From NCBI RefSeq assembly GCF_000372725.1, contig NW_005202428.1, positions 2,766,670 through 2,830,669 on the forward strand: a DNA stretch of 64,000 nucleotides, in the 5' to 3' direction. The position numbers and the translations under genes were made by a program. Under the pieces are notes generated by a model. That model saw only the letters and a program-made list of their open reading frames with translations. It did not search any database and was not told the DNA's origin. This DNA comes from Emiliania huxleyi CCMP1516 (lineage: Eukaryota). This document shows positions 10,906 through 22,791 of the stretch, piece by piece; the first letter of the stretch is position 1, and each line of letters begins with the position of its first letter.

Positions 10906-12216
10906 TTGTCTGGCAGAGTCAACCCGAGATGCTGGGGCGAGCCTCGGCGAGACTGCGTCAGCTGTTCCCACAGCAGGCTGGAAGTACCTCGCCAGGCTGG
11001 TCCGAGTTGCACCATGCGAGGCACATCTCGACGTGTACATGCCCATGTGGCCGGGCCACCAACGAGCCGGCCATTCGCTAGATTCTGCGTGCTGTCACGC
11101 ACCCCGTCTGCGCCACTCGAGCGCGCCATGCTCTCGTATTTCGAAACAAACGCCAGCACGCAGGTTTCCATCCGACTGTGCGTATTCTCCGACGAGACGG
11201 AGGAGCGCGGTCCGGCGATTATTCCGCTCAAGCGGCCACCCTACCTGGAGGCGCGGGAGACGCAGTGCGTGGCCAAGATCCTCGCGTGGTTGGACCATGC
11301 GAGCCTGCGGCACCCGGCCAGCTCCTTCGTCGGCTGGGTCGATTCAGACACTTGGTTCGATCCGGTTCGGATGGCCACGCACCTCGCGAGTGTATATGTG
11401 GCGCTGCCTTCAGGCGCCTTGGCCTGGGGCGGCGACTGGCAGCACTGGCAGCGCGCTGCGTGGGACCAGCACGCGCCTCCAACCTCGCTCGGCGGGGTCG
11501 GCTTCTCGTGGTGCTCTCCTTGCTCGGTGAGCGCGTGGCCGGAGACGGACCCGCGCCTGAAGCGAGAGAGTCGGGCGGCGGTGGCGGCGCGCTCCTTTGC
11601 GATGACGCAGGGAGGGCTCACCTACCTGAGCACCGCCGCAGCGCGCAGGCTTGCGGACAACGCGACGGCGGGCGCCTTTGGCTGGGCGCAGCGCGAGGGC
11701 GCCTTCGAGGCGCTCAAGGCGAGGTGGCAGCCCGGGCGGTGCAGTCTCGTGACGGACGTCGCGATCGGCTGGCTCGGCGCGCGCGTCTTTGCGCGGAGCA
11801 GGCTGCATGCCGTCGAGGTGTCGCCCAACCTAGAGTACTACCCGTGGCCGCTCTACCGCCGCTTCTCGGCGAGGCACGCTCTCGCGGTGCACGGGCTCAA
11901 GAAGGCGGGCGCGCACGCGTGGTTCGCGGAGCAGGCGTCCAACGCTAGCCACGTCCCGCCGCGGCTTTCCTGCCGCGCGTCGCCGTGGGCGCACCAGCGC
12001 TCCGCCTCGTGGCGGCTCTGCACGTCGCTCTCCGCCTGCGACGACCCCGGGGTGCCGCTCGAGCCGAGCATAGGCCAGCTGCGCAACTTTTCGGTGCCGT
12101 GGGTTCCGGGCGCCGTGCGCGACTTGTGCAAGCTCCACGCCAGCGGGCGGTTGGGACGGAGTCGAAGTGGTGTGCGCTCGCGCGGAGCGGAGAACTTCAC
12201 ACGTCGAGCGAGATGA
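10906..12216 (+). CDS. Putative GT31/galactosyltransferase-like glycosyltransferase (true start uncertain)
   Basis: KILAWL..FVGWVDSDTWF (DxD), GGLTYLS, TDVAIGWL and a downstream VHGLK resemble GT31 motif order. Confidence 0.5.
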   Translation: MSGRVNPRCWGEPRRDCVSCSHSRLEVPRQAGPSCTMRGTSRRVHAHVAGPPTSRPFARFCVLSRTPSAPLERAMLSYFETNASTQVSIRLCVFSDETEERGPAIIPLKRPPYLEARETQCVAKILAWLDHASLRHPASSFVGWVDSDTWFDPVRMATHLASVYVALPSGALAWGGDWQHWQRAAWDQHAPPTSLGGVGFSWCSPCSVSAWPETDPRLKRESRAAVAARSFAMTQGGLTYLSTAAARRLADNATAGAFGWAQREGAFEALKARWQPGRCSLVTDVAIGWLGARVFARSRLHAVEVSPNLEYYPWPLYRRFSARHALAVHGLKKAGAHAWFAEQASNASHVPPRLSCRASPWAHQRSASWRLCTSLSACDDPGVPLEPSIGQLRNFSVPWVPGAVRDLCKLHASGRLGRSRSGVRSRGAENFTRRAR

Positions 12217-12564
12217 CATATGAGAGAGATGAGACCAGTGTCAGGCGCGACAGAAAACCTGTTTATTTCACAAGCACACACATGCGCGAGGTTCACCATA
12301 TGTGCACACGAGACACGTGAGTGGTGAGATTCTTAAAGCGGACGGACGACCGTGAGCGCGGTGCGTGATCAAGGCAAATCAAGCCAGCCCCACACAGCCC
12401 ACGCACGCCCACACGCGTCACGCGCCCCTCGTGCAGGGGCTCACACTGGGCCCCCGCAAAACCCGCGCGTTTCATTTCACATCCTGCCACTGGCGTACAT
12501 GAACACCCGCTGTCCCACCACTTGCGGACTCTCTCTCCCCGACCCGGCGCACCGATTTGCACCG

Positions 12565-13588
12565 CTACCTGCCTGCCCTCGGCCTTGCCAGGCAGCTCCT
12601 CGAGCTGCTCTGCCTGTGGCGGAGTCTCTCGCGATACCCGGGGACGAGCCCGTGGTAGGGCGGCGCCTCGACGGCGTTAGCCGCGCGCCGCGCAATGTAG
12701 ACCTCCCTCTGCACCGCTGGAGTCATGCTCGGCGGCAAGCGGTGCGCGACTAGAGTGCGGAAGAGCCGGTCGACGAGAGGGTTCGCCCATCCGTTCACGA
12801 TGCAGAAGTTTTTGTCGAGCTCGCAGTGGTGCAGCCGGTGCGCCGCGGGCGAGACCCAGAGACCGGAGCGCTGCAGCAGCTTGACCCACCGGCTGCTGGC
12901 CCAGCGGCCGTGCGCAGCAGCGTGCGACACCTGGCAAAACATGCCGACGTGCAGGACGACGTACAGGACGAGGTTTGCAAAGTCAGCGAGCCGGGCCCAC
13001 GCCAGCCAGTGCAGCGCGGCCATTGGAAAGTAGAAGGAGAGGCCCGTCCGGCAAATGCCGTAGTACCTACGGGTGTGCCGTCGCCGTGGCAGCAGGTGAG
13101 GCGCGAGAGGGGCTGCTGCGGCTCTGGCGATGGCGAGGCACGCGCCACATATCGGCCGTGAGCCAGTTGTCCGGCTTGACATGGTGGTATTGGAAGCCAA
13201 AGCACGCAAGCTCGAAAGGCGTGCGGCTCAGCGGGTCTGCGAATGGCACTGGGGTGTAGTCAAGAGCAATGTGCACCAGTCCCGTCATTGCGTCTGCGCA
13301 GAAGAGGCCGAGCAGCGCCGCGCAGCCGGCGTATGGCCACGAGTGAGCGCCCACGACGGCAGCTGCTGAACAGCCGTGAATGCTGAACAGAAGCAGCATC
13401 AGCAGCGGGTTCTGTGGATCCGCCCGCCATCGGGAAAGGAGAGGCTGCGGCGCAACCTCCGCTGCAAACGCGGCGAACGAGGCGGCGTTGCGTGCCTCGT
13501 ACTCGTCGAGCGAGAGGGGTGGGTTATCCGCGACACAGGAGCGGCGGAGACCGTTCCAGAGCGAGCGGCGCACCACGTGGTCAACCAT
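12565..13588 (-). CDS. FAD4/TMEM189(Kua/CarF)-family lipid desaturase; one GC-AG intron at 13067-13145
   Basis: ADAMTGLVH.ALD, FQYHH.KP, QVSHAAAH, LLQRSGL...HRLHH...NFCIVNGWANP.VD are the His boxes of the family. Splicing gives ...DMW-YYG in frame. Confidence 0.88.
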
Positions 13589-13722
13589 GTAAAACGCGAA
13601 CGCCAGGGAGCTCTCCGAGGGAGCTCTCAGACGACGTCCTGCTCACACGCACCGACCTGCACACGCACCGACCTGGCACACCGCCTCAACTTTGGAAGAA
13701 GAAAAATGGCGGCCCAATGTAG

Positions 13723-13841
13723 CCAGCCCCCCACAGTGTCGCGCTCCCCGCTCCCGTTCCCCTTTTGTCCCTTTATCGTCCTTCCATGATCCTGCTCGTG
13801 CAGGTGGGGACCCTGTCCTTCTCCCCTTTTTCCGTTTTATT
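13723..13841 (+). mobile_element. Family D retroelement 3' fragment
   Basis: Matches 49275-49405. Confidence 0.7.
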
Positions 13842-14001
13842 CCGCTTGCCCACCGCTTGGCTTCGTCAACGGGCGGCCTCGCCACACTCGCCTCGGCATC
13901 ACTCGAAGCTGCGAGCTGGCTGCGGCCACAAGAGCGGCCTGCTTGGCACGCAGCTGCGTAATCGTCGGCCCGGCGTGCGCGGCTTTAGCTTGTGCCTTGT
14001 C

Positions 14002-14492
14002 GCTTGTGCGCGTTATTCTCGCCCAGGACTATCTATATTCTTTTGCTTATATTCTCCCCGGACCGTTATATTCTCGAGAATATTCTCGAATATTGAGAAT
14101 ATCTTGACCACGCGTAGGTCGACGGAGACCAAAAGCCGCTCCCAAATCCGAATCTCAGAACATCCGAATGCGAATCTCAGAACCTCCAAAACTTAAAGAT
14201 TTCAGTCGGCATCCGACCCGAAACCTACTGTATTCCTACTGTTGAGGGGGGAAATAGCTGTTTCGAGCTCTCTCGTCAAGACCGTTTTAGACGCCGCAGC
14301 GGTAATGTCAAGAATATTCAAGAATATCTTTGGACTCGAGGTCTACTAAGCTCTAAAGGTCAAGGGCTGCGGAAAGCTCGTATATTCTTGAGGGAAAAGC
14401 CGGCCTGGGCATCTGTTTCTCATATTCTCGAATATGGAAGTGCGCGGGACCCTCTATATTCTCAAAGATATTCGAGAATAACGTGCACAGGC
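14002..14492. mobile_element. MITE with ~20-bp TIRs and many GAATATTC/ATATTCTC subterminal motifs
   Basis: GCTTGTGCGCGTTATTCTCG vs rc of CGAGAATAACGTGCACAGGC (18/20 match); no clear TSD. Confidence 0.7.
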
Positions 14493-14696
14493 CAAGCCGC
14501 GGCTTTTCACGGCCTGTGCCGGCGAATTGGCGTTCACGCGCTGAATCATCATCGTCACTGCTCCTGTCTGCTGGTGCTGCTTCTCGCTCGCGTGCGTCCT
14601 TGGAAGTTGTACCCGCCTCCTTCACCTACGAGCTCGTATGCCACGTCGCCGCCTGTGTTTGGGTTTCTATGTTTGCGATCGTTTTGGAATTTGGCA

Positions 14697-14752
14697 AATA
14701 AATAAATAAATAAAACGGACACCTCTACTGTGAGATGGGTAAAAAGGAACAG
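14697..14752 (-). mobile_element. Family E short retroelement 3' end with (TTTA)n tail
   Basis: rc matches 57945-58007 (ctgttcctttttacccatctcacagtagag...gtgtccgtttt(attt)n). Confidence 0.8.
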
Positions 14753-15562
14753 ACGATTTGGCATTTGTCAACTCTTTGTGTATTTATTTATTACTCGTAC
14801 AACTGTATTCCGATCTCCGCGGGCCGCCGGTCCCGGTGGTCCACCGACCGCGCACCACTAAGCACTGTGGTCCCCCCCGCCCCACACGCCACAGTTGTCA
14901 CGAGTCGCTCTCGAGACCAGCAAGATCCGTGACCGTGTATAAAAAGCGACCTTGTCACAATGAGTTCACAGACGTGCGTGCTGAGAAAATTGGGCGGGTC
15001 GAGAGGGCTGATGTGCCTTTGAGGAAGTGCTCCAAGGTCGCAGATCGGCGTGAGAAGTTGTCTCTCATCATTACCGACTAACCAGAGTTACATAGCTTCT
15101 GCACGCTCCGCTCGCACTCGGCTTCCCCCCCAAAGTTCTCTGTCTAGCAGTACCCGCGTCAAATTTTTGGTACAGCGCAGCGGGCCTAGCAGTCCCAAGC
15201 ATGCTCGCGGCATGCACGAGAGCGCGCGCTCGTCCCAGGCTGAAATCCTCCGGCCTAGAGGGGGCGTCTGTTTTCCCTCGAAATTTCCAGATGTTTAAGT
15301 GCTGGGGGGCCTCTGTTTTTCTTTTGTTTGGAAAGGTGGTGTATACAGGCCAACCAAGCAGAGGCGCGGGCGGTTGAGGAGCATGGATGGTGGCGGCGGC
15401 GCGCAGAAGAGCGGGGAAGAGCTCGCGGCGGAGCGCGACGCGGCGGCGCGCGGAGCTGAGCCGGGCGCGGGAGGACCTCGCATCGGAACGGGAGGAGGCT
15501 GCAGCGCGCGAGCGTCACAGCAGGCCAACCAAAATTGCCCCAAAAGCAAGCAGCACTTACTT

Positions 15563-15673
15563 GCACTTGGAGCACTTGGAGTGCAGTCGGTAACCTCACA
15601 TCCAGGGCCGGGGGGCTAAGAAGCACACCCAGCGGGCCAGATGATCGGGACCGGGTTACGGGCTAGAGAGCCC
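15563..15673 (-). mobile_element. Repeat family A fragment (CTCCAAGTG-repeat end)
   Basis: rc matches 25316-25426. Confidence 0.85.
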
Positions 15674-15912
15674 GCCCACTTGCTTGGATTCGCTTCTGAG
15701 AAGGTGTGAATGGGACATCGAGCAAGTGGTCCACACGCTAAGCGCAATGTTCAAACCGACCTCTGTCGAGCCTGAGCTCAGGCAGGGGCTGTAAGGTAGT
15801 GAAAGACCTTCCCTGGGTTTGTCTCTCACACCCTCACTGTCGTCGCACGCGAGGTTCTTGCCTTATCACCCTACTGTGAAAGTATCCAGACTGTGCACGT
15901 CGGCTCGAGTCG

Positions 15913-16854
15913 ATGCCAAAGAATCGCCTCGAGGACCTGCCTCCGGACGTGCTGCGTCAGATCTTCCGCCTCCTCGCCGATCCTTTCGCTCCCGCCTCTG
16001 CGTGCGCACTCGTGGGCTGCTGCCGCTACACCCGCTCTGCCTTCCGCAGCCGCGCGACCGGCGCTGACCGCACCGAAGTCGAGCGTTTGAGGCTTTGGTG
16101 GGGCCGGGCGACCGCGTTTTGCGGGTCTCACAGGACGACCGCGTCACACATGAGACTGGCGACGACCGTCGGGCTGAGCGAGAGTTTCGCCGTCGCAGAG
16201 GCCCCGACGCTCGCGCTGCTGCTGGAGCGCGGCTCGTTCCGGCGGCTCTGCTGGCTCCAGCTTTACGGCAGCCTCCTGAGCGAGGCCTCCCTCCGGCCGA
16301 TCGTCGAGACGCTGGCGGCGGGCGCCTCTCCCTCGCTCAAGAGCCTCGACCTCGCGGGCAACCACCTCGGCGACGCGTCGTGCGCCATGCTGGCCGCGCG
16401 GCTGAGCGAGAGCCCGGCGCGCGTGCTGCCGGCCCTGGAGGTGCTCGGACTCGGCTCGACCCGCATCAGCAGCCGCGGCGTCGAGGCGCTCGCTAGAGCG
16501 CTGGCTCGCGGGGCCATGCCGCGGCTGGTGGGCCTCGGGCTGCGGTCGAACGACATCGACGACGAGGGCGTTATTGCGCTCGCCGAGAGCGGCATGCTGG
16601 GCCTCGCGGCGCTGAGGGAGCTCTTCCTCTGCGGAAACGACCGCATCACGTGCGCCGGCATCGACGCCCTCGCGGCCCGCTTGCTTGGAGGCTCCTTCCC
16701 CTCTCTGCGCTGGCTCGACGTGCCGCCCCTCAAGAGCAGCGCCTTCCACGCGGCCTGCGCGGCGCGCTGCGTGTGCGTGCTCGACACTCTCGGACCAGCG
16801 CACGCTCCCGAGAACCCAACCGCCGGTAGCCAGCAGCCCGCGACGTACGAATGA
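15913..16854 (+). CDS. F-box-like N-terminus plus RI-type leucine-rich repeat protein, intronless
   Basis: LEDLPPDVLRQIFRLL; repeats LKSLDLAGNHLGDASCAMLA, LEVLGLGSTRISSRGVEALA, LGLRSNDIDDEGVIALA. Confidence 0.8.
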   Translation: MPKNRLEDLPPDVLRQIFRLLADPFAPASACALVGCCRYTRSAFRSRATGADRTEVERLRLWWGRATAFCGSHRTTASHMRLATTVGLSESFAVAEAPTLALLLERGSFRRLCWLQLYGSLLSEASLRPIVETLAAGASPSLKSLDLAGNHLGDASCAMLAARLSESPARVLPALEVLGLGSTRISSRGVEALARALARGAMPRLVGLGLRSNDIDDEGVIALAESGMLGLAALRELFLCGNDRITCAGIDALAARLLGGSFPSLRWLDVPPLKSSAFHAACAARCVCVLDTLGPAHAPENPTAGSQQPATYE

Positions 16855-17307
16855 AATGACGACCTGTCGAGAGGCGAGAGGAGCTGGTCTTTGGAGCTTT
16901 GCGTGAAAAAAGTTTTGTTGATTGTTGTGTCGATACACACACCGCGCGCCGCCAGTAATTGTAATTTTGTTATTATTATGCATAATATCTCGCTGGAGGC
17001 CTGGGGAGGGGGGCGAGCACAGACACGAGACAGTCAGACACTAATTGTAATTCTAATACACAAACAAAAGAGTTCGCACTGCATGCGCACACGATTCCAG
17101 TGTGTGTTGCGAGACGCTTGGCGGACAGACAGACCGCCTCTCGGCCCCTCCTGCTGCTCCTTCCAGGGTCCAGCGAGAGCGATACGACGTAGCTCGTAGG
17201 CCCTACTGAGGCCTAGCGCAGGCCCTCCCCGGGCCCTCCAAGTAGGAGCATGGTGCATGCAACCCTGACATTCGACTCTGCCTTCCCCGCCCCCTCCCTG
17301 GGCGCCT

Positions 17308-20300
17308 TCAGGAGAGGAAGCCGAGCAGGTTGGGCGGATCGTGCGGGCTCCACCACCGCTGTACGATGGGGTAGGAGGAGATGCAGACTACGTACGTGCA
17401 GATCAGGACCTTGCCCTTCGCCTTTGTGAGCTGCGACTTCCTGTGGTCGCCGCGCCGCCTGCGGTGGCGAGCCCGTGGGGCGGGGCGTGTGAAAGCAAGG
17501 CCCCGCTCACGGGTGCCTCGTCTCTGACGATGCACCAGGTGTGCGCAGTGGAGAGGATGAGGAGCGAGGCGAAGACGGCGAGGTTGGCCGCCTGTGCGGC
17601 GCAGGGCGGCCGCCTCGACGGGGGTGGGGAGGGCGGCATGGGTCTGGGAGGGAGTCGGTAGCTCGTCGCCTTGCCAAGCCAGTGCTATTATTCTTATTCT
17701 TGTTGTTACTATGACCTTGCCCAGCCAGTGCACGCGGTACAGCCGCCGCACGTCTGCCGCGTAGACCACCACCAGCATGTAGCAGACGTAGCCTGCGAGC
17801 ATGGCGGCAGCCTCGACCGCCTCGATGCGGCCGTCGCTGAAGATGTAGCACAGCCACGAGATCGAGAGCAGGTACGTCACCAAGTCGCGCGCGAGCGGCC
17901 GCCGCTTCAGCAGCAGCGGCTCCGCCCCTCCGGCGGCGACGCCGCAGATGCCNNNNNNNNNNNNNNNNNNNNNNNNNNNNNNNNNNNNNNNNNNNNNNNN
18001 NNNNNNNNNNNNNNNNNNNNNNNNNNNNNNNNNNNNNNNNNNNNNNNNNNNNGGCGCCGATGGCGATGACGTACATGCCGAGGAAGGCGGCGGGCACGTC
18101 GAGCATCGCGCCTGCGTGGGCACCGCCACAGGGTGAGCAGACGAGGGGGGGGGCGGAGGGGGGAGGAGGGGGGAGGAGGGGGGCGGAGGGGGGCGGAGGG
18201 GGGCGGAGGGGGGCGGAGGGGGGGGATGCCGAATCGCGAGACGATGGCCGAGATGACGAGGGAGAGGATTGCGACCCAGGTGAAGGACGTGGCGAGCGTG
18301 ACCGGGTACCAGAGCGGTGTCGGGCCTGCGGCTGGGGCGAGGGGCGAGGGGCGAGGGCTCGGGGGATGGCGTTGCGCCGTATCCGGCTACAGTTGTGTCG
18401 TATCCGGCTCCATCTCGGCCATCTCTCGGCTGCATCTCGGCTGCATCTGGGTGGCGTGCCGTCATGCTCGCACGGCGGGCAAGTGGCGCTCACCTGGGAG
18501 GGGCGGAGGGAGGGGGCGGAGGGAGGAGGGCCAGCCGGGTGAGAGAGAGAGCACGCGAGCGCGGGACGAGTGCGGGATGTGTCGCAGCCGAGGCACCGGC
18601 CGCTCGGAGGAGATCTGGCCGAGATCTGGCCGAGGTGCGGCCGAGGTGCGGCCGAGGTGCGGCCGAGGTGTGGCCGAGATCTGGCCGAGATCTGGCCGAG
18701 ATCTGGCCGAGATCTGGCCGAGATCTGGCCGAGATCTGGCCGAGGTGCGGCCGAGGTGCGGCCGAGGTGCGGCCGAGGTGCGGCCGAGGTGCGGCCGAGG
18801 TGCGGCCGAGGTGCGGCCGAGGTATGGCCGATGTGCGGCCGAGGTGTGGCCGAGGTGTGGCTGAGGTATGGCCGAGGCGTGGCCGAGGTGCGGCCGAGGC
18901 GCGGCCGAGGCGTGGGCGTCTCACCAGCCACTCGACAGGCAGGATGCAGAGAGCTGCAGCCTTGCTCACGGCCTTGCTCGCGGCGGCGAGCGCTGCCGCG
19001 GCGGCGCGTGCCAGCCCTCCCTTGGGCCCTCATCTGCTGGTCCCTCTGCTGGTCCCTCTGCTGGTCCCTCTGCTGGCGGGCTCTCCTCCTCGCCGCGCGG
19101 AGGAGTCCACCTCCCTCCCTCCGGCGCAGGGCTGCCCGCCGCCCCGCCGCCCGCGACCGGCAGGAAGGAGGAGGCGGGCGGCGACGGCGCGGGCGCGTGG
19201 GCGGGCGGGGAGTACGACCCCGAGTACGACCCCGAGTAGCACGAGCCGGCGGTGGGCGCGAAGGGCGACTCCGCGACGTGGAGGTGGAGGTGGTAGGGGC
19301 TGCCTATTATTGTTGCTGCTATGATGATGATGATGACTCCGCGACGTGGAGGTGGAGGTGGTAGGGGCTGCCTACCGCCGAGTCGGTACGGGAAGGCAGC
19401 GGCGTGCGCTCTCCGCACGAGTCCGCCTATGGGACAGCCTTGTGCTTTGGGAGCCGCGGCCGTGGGGAGGGTGGCTGCCTTGTCTGCGGCGGCGGTTGCG
19501 TGGGCGGACGGAGCTCGGGAAGACTCGCGGGAGGACTTGACGAATGACTCGGAGAGGCGGTCCTCCTGGGAGAGCGTGGAGGAGGGGCGGTGGAGGGAGG
19601 CGGGGAGGGAGGCGGGAGGGAGGGCGGGGAGGGCGGGGCTGGAGGAGAGGGAGGAGAGGGAGGGTGGTTGGGAAGAGGGTGGGGAGGGCGGCATGGGTCT
19701 GGGAGGGAGTCGGTAGCTCGTCGCCTTGCCAAGCCAGTGCTATTATTCTTATTCTTGTTGTTACTATGACCTTGCCCAGCCAGTGCACGCGGTACAGCCG
19801 CCGCACGTCTGCCGCGTAGACCACCACCAGCATGTAGCAGACGTAGCCTGCGAGCATGGCGGCAGCCTCGACCGCCTCGATGCGGCCGTCGCTGAAGATG
19901 TAGCACAGCCACGAGATCGAGAGCAGGTACGTCACCAAGTCGCGCGCGAGCGGCCGCCGCTTCAGCAGCAGCGGCTCCGCCCCTCCGGCGGCGACGCCGC
20001 AGATGCCCGGGATGGCGGTGAAGGCGATCATGCCGGAGCCGAGGATGGCGCCGACGCCGAGGACCGCGTCGTCGCCGTCGTCACCCTCGTCCACGTACCC
20101 GTCGTGCTTCTCTGTCGACAGCACCGTCTTGAGCGTCGAGATTGCGTTGATGATCACCTCTGGCGCCGCACTACCGAGCGCCATGAAGGAGGCTCCCGCG
20201 ACGTCCTCGCGCACGTTCCAGCGCACGCACAGCGTCTCCAGGCTCACGACGAGGTGGCGGTCGGCCACAATGGCGACGGCGACAAAGGAATACACGAAAG

Positions 20301-20472
20301 CAATAAGCTCGACTGCCACGCCCCACCACTCGCCGTCGATGTTGTCCAGGCAGAGGTTCTCCCTGCGGTGCAAAGGGCTGGTGGCGCGGCGGCCGCAGCG
20401 GAGCGGGTGGGCGGTGCTGACTAGCGCGCACCAGCCCGCCTCGCACGCCATGCTTGCCGAGCACGAGTCCAA
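17308..20472 (-). CDS. K+-dependent Na+/Ca2+ exchanger (NCKX, CaCA superfamily); multi-exon, interrupted by a gap
   Basis: Alpha-1 repeat DVAGASFMALGSAAPE and GVGAILGSG; alpha-2 start GAMLDVPAAFLGMYVIAIGA at ~18055-18112; C-terminal W..L.K.KG..L...Y helix before the stop at 17308. Confidence 0.85.
18613..18910. repeat. Intronic minisatellite (GGCCGAGRTSY)n
   Basis: Visible 11-bp tandem units ggccgagatct / ggccgaggtgc. Confidence 0.95.
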
Positions 20473-20609
20473 CCCGCGCCAACCCTCACCGGCGGGAAGA
20501 ATTCTTATACGCCAGCCAGATGTTTTTTCTTTATATGTGCCTCGCAGCTACGTATTCTCGTATTATCTTCGAGTCAGGTATTGCGTGGGGGCGGTACGTA
20601 TTCCCGTAT

Positions 20610-20908
20610 CACTAGCTCCGAGTAGAGGGGGCGTCCTTGCAGTTAAGGGGAAACCTGGTACGCGGGTCCAACCCTCGGAGAGTATTCTTTAGCTCCGAGT
20701 AGGGGGGGCGTTCTGCAGTTAAGGGGAAACCCGGTACACGGGTCTAACCCTCGGAGACCCGTGTTATGGCCCTGCGAACGCGCACCCCCGGGGCTAGGGC
20801 TCTCTAGCCCGTAACCCGATGCCGAGCGTCCGGCCAACTGGGTGCGCTTCTCAGCTCCCCGGTCCTGGGCGTGAGGTTAATGACCGCACTCCAAGTGCTC
20901 CAAGTGCT
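20610..20908 (+). mobile_element. Repeat family A with duplicated head module
   Basis: cactagctccgagtag...ctcggag present twice, then the body and a ctccaagtgctccaagtg end. Confidence 0.85.
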
Positions 20909-20922
20909 CTTACTTCCGCAAG

Positions 20923-21240
20923 TTTACTTTACAGCCCTTTCCCTGCGAACGCGCACTCCCCCTAGGGGTCAGGGCTCTCTAGCCCGTAGCCCGATACCGA
21001 CCATCCGGCCCGCTGGGTGCGCTTCTTAGCTCCTCGGCCCTGGATGTGAGGTTACCGACTGCACTCCAAGTGCTCCAAGTGCAAGTGCAGTGGCCCCGCG
21101 AGCTGGGAATAGGACCGCCGCAAGCGGCGTGGCGTGGGGCGGTTGAGCATCCCTCCGGGGGCCCCTCTGCGCCGGGGAGGCGTTGTTGGAGGCTAGGACG
21201 CAAGCGTCCGTCGCCCTTTTCAAACTCGGGGCCCACTCCG
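20923..21240 (+). mobile_element. Family A body plus adjoining module C
   Basis: A body to ~21088; module C (gagctgggaataggaccgccgcaagcggc...ggacgcaagcgtcc) matches rc of 58158-58300. Confidence 0.8.
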
Positions 21241-22791
21241 CTACGCTCCGACCCGAATTTGGAGGGCCATGAAGTTTAAGGTGTTGCTGCGCAAAAGGGG
21301 CGGGGCGCGGGCGCGCGCGGCAGGCCGAGAGCTCGTTTTGGAGATCAGACCTTTCGATGGTTCATGCTTTCTATGTCTATCTATCATGCTTCATGACACG
21401 ACACGCGGTGGCGTGGGCGAGCTGGTGGAGCTGTCAGCTGATCGATCCAAGCGGGTGGGGAGTGGGGGGCATGGATGGGCATGCAGGTCCGCCAGTCGGC
21501 CCGGTTCTGACGTGGTGCTGCCGCTGCATTCGCTGAAGAAGAGAGGTGCGACTTGATTGGAGGCACTGGAGGCGAGGCGAAGGGAGAGGTTGGGCCGGGC
21601 CGTGAGGGGCTGATGGCGCTGGCCAGCGCTGGCCAGCGCGGGGTGTGAGATGTCGTCGTCGTATACTGCTGGCCCTCGCCCTCAGTTGCCTGGGCTGTGG
21701 GCTGCAGAATTGGCGTCTGTGGCGTGCTAAGGCTCTGCAGCGTGATGGCTGGCGGGACTGCGAGGCCGGCGCGGAAGGAGAGGCTGGGCACGAGCCAGGA
21801 ACAGGCTGGCCAGGTCCGCAGGTGGCTGCGCTCGGGCGAGGCGCGCGCGCGCATGGCAGGCCGAGCAGGCTCGGCATATATGGTGAACCTCCGATGTCGC
21901 GATGCGGTCCCGCTTTTCCGCGATCATTCCGTCCAATCGAAGGAAGCGCTGTCGCCCATGTTTATGGAGTAACTTGTTACCGTTCTTCGTCTGACGTTCC
22001 GTGGTTTTTGCACGGTATTCGGATTTTCGCTATTTGGTCATGTGGGTGTGTATTCCGGGATTAGTCAATGCACAATGGTACCGCGTCGGCGACGCGGGCG
22101 CCTTGCGGGCAGAGCCCTTAGCCACCCTTTGTCTTGCGCGGTCAAAAACCAGCCTCTCTCACAGCACACTGGCACGACAAGGGCGCGGACTGGCGCGGAC
22201 TGGCACGGCGGGAAGAAGAAAGACGAGGTCGTCCTCCCGAGTGGGGGACTAGCACTAGCCGTCTTCCACATGGTCCCTTGGGTCCCTGCTGCTCCTAATC
22301 TCTCTTCGTACATCCTCCTGCTGATCTCCGCAAAGTCCTGCTCCCTCCCTCGTCTCGCCCTGCGCGTTTGCTCCGCCTCCCCGTCGTCTGCCCTGCGTCG
22401 TCTGGTGACGGGTCCTCCATAGTCGGTTGAGGTCGCCGCCCTCCTCGTGCCTCTTCCCAACGTTCCCTCGGCGGTCGATGCCGTCTGCTCCGGCTCCCCC
22501 GTCCCCGGGTCTGCCCTGCTCTCGTCTGCGCTAGTTTCTGTTTTGTCATCACTGGCGTCCCTCCTCTTCTTTCTCCTCTTCTTGTATGCTTTGTACATCG
22601 CGTCGATTCCTTTTCGCGTGAGCACCACCCTGAAGCCCGCCCAGCAGCTGAACCGCTCCTTAAGAGTCGAAGGAGCATTATCAGTCTCTCACCCACTTCG
22701 CGTTAAACGTTATTTAATGTTTGGAGACGTACCGTCTCGGCAATACAGGGGTCACGGCATGATCCATGCGGTGCACGTGTCACGGCGCGCC

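Noticed and set aside
17622..17952. Apparent exon duplication in NCKX (identical to 19677-20007)
   Set aside because: It appears identical, abuts an N-gap, breaks the expected exon order and ends in an intronic repeat; most likely a mis-assembly.
20610..20760. tRNA gene, CACTA transposon or hammerhead in the family A head
   Set aside because: TAGCTCCGAGTAG only loosely resembles an A box and there is no B box or cloverleaf; there is no matching CACTA TIR at the other end and no CUGANGA core.
22065..22696. Basic/acidic ORFs on the minus strand
   Set aside because: No recognisable domain; likely a decayed retroelement end.
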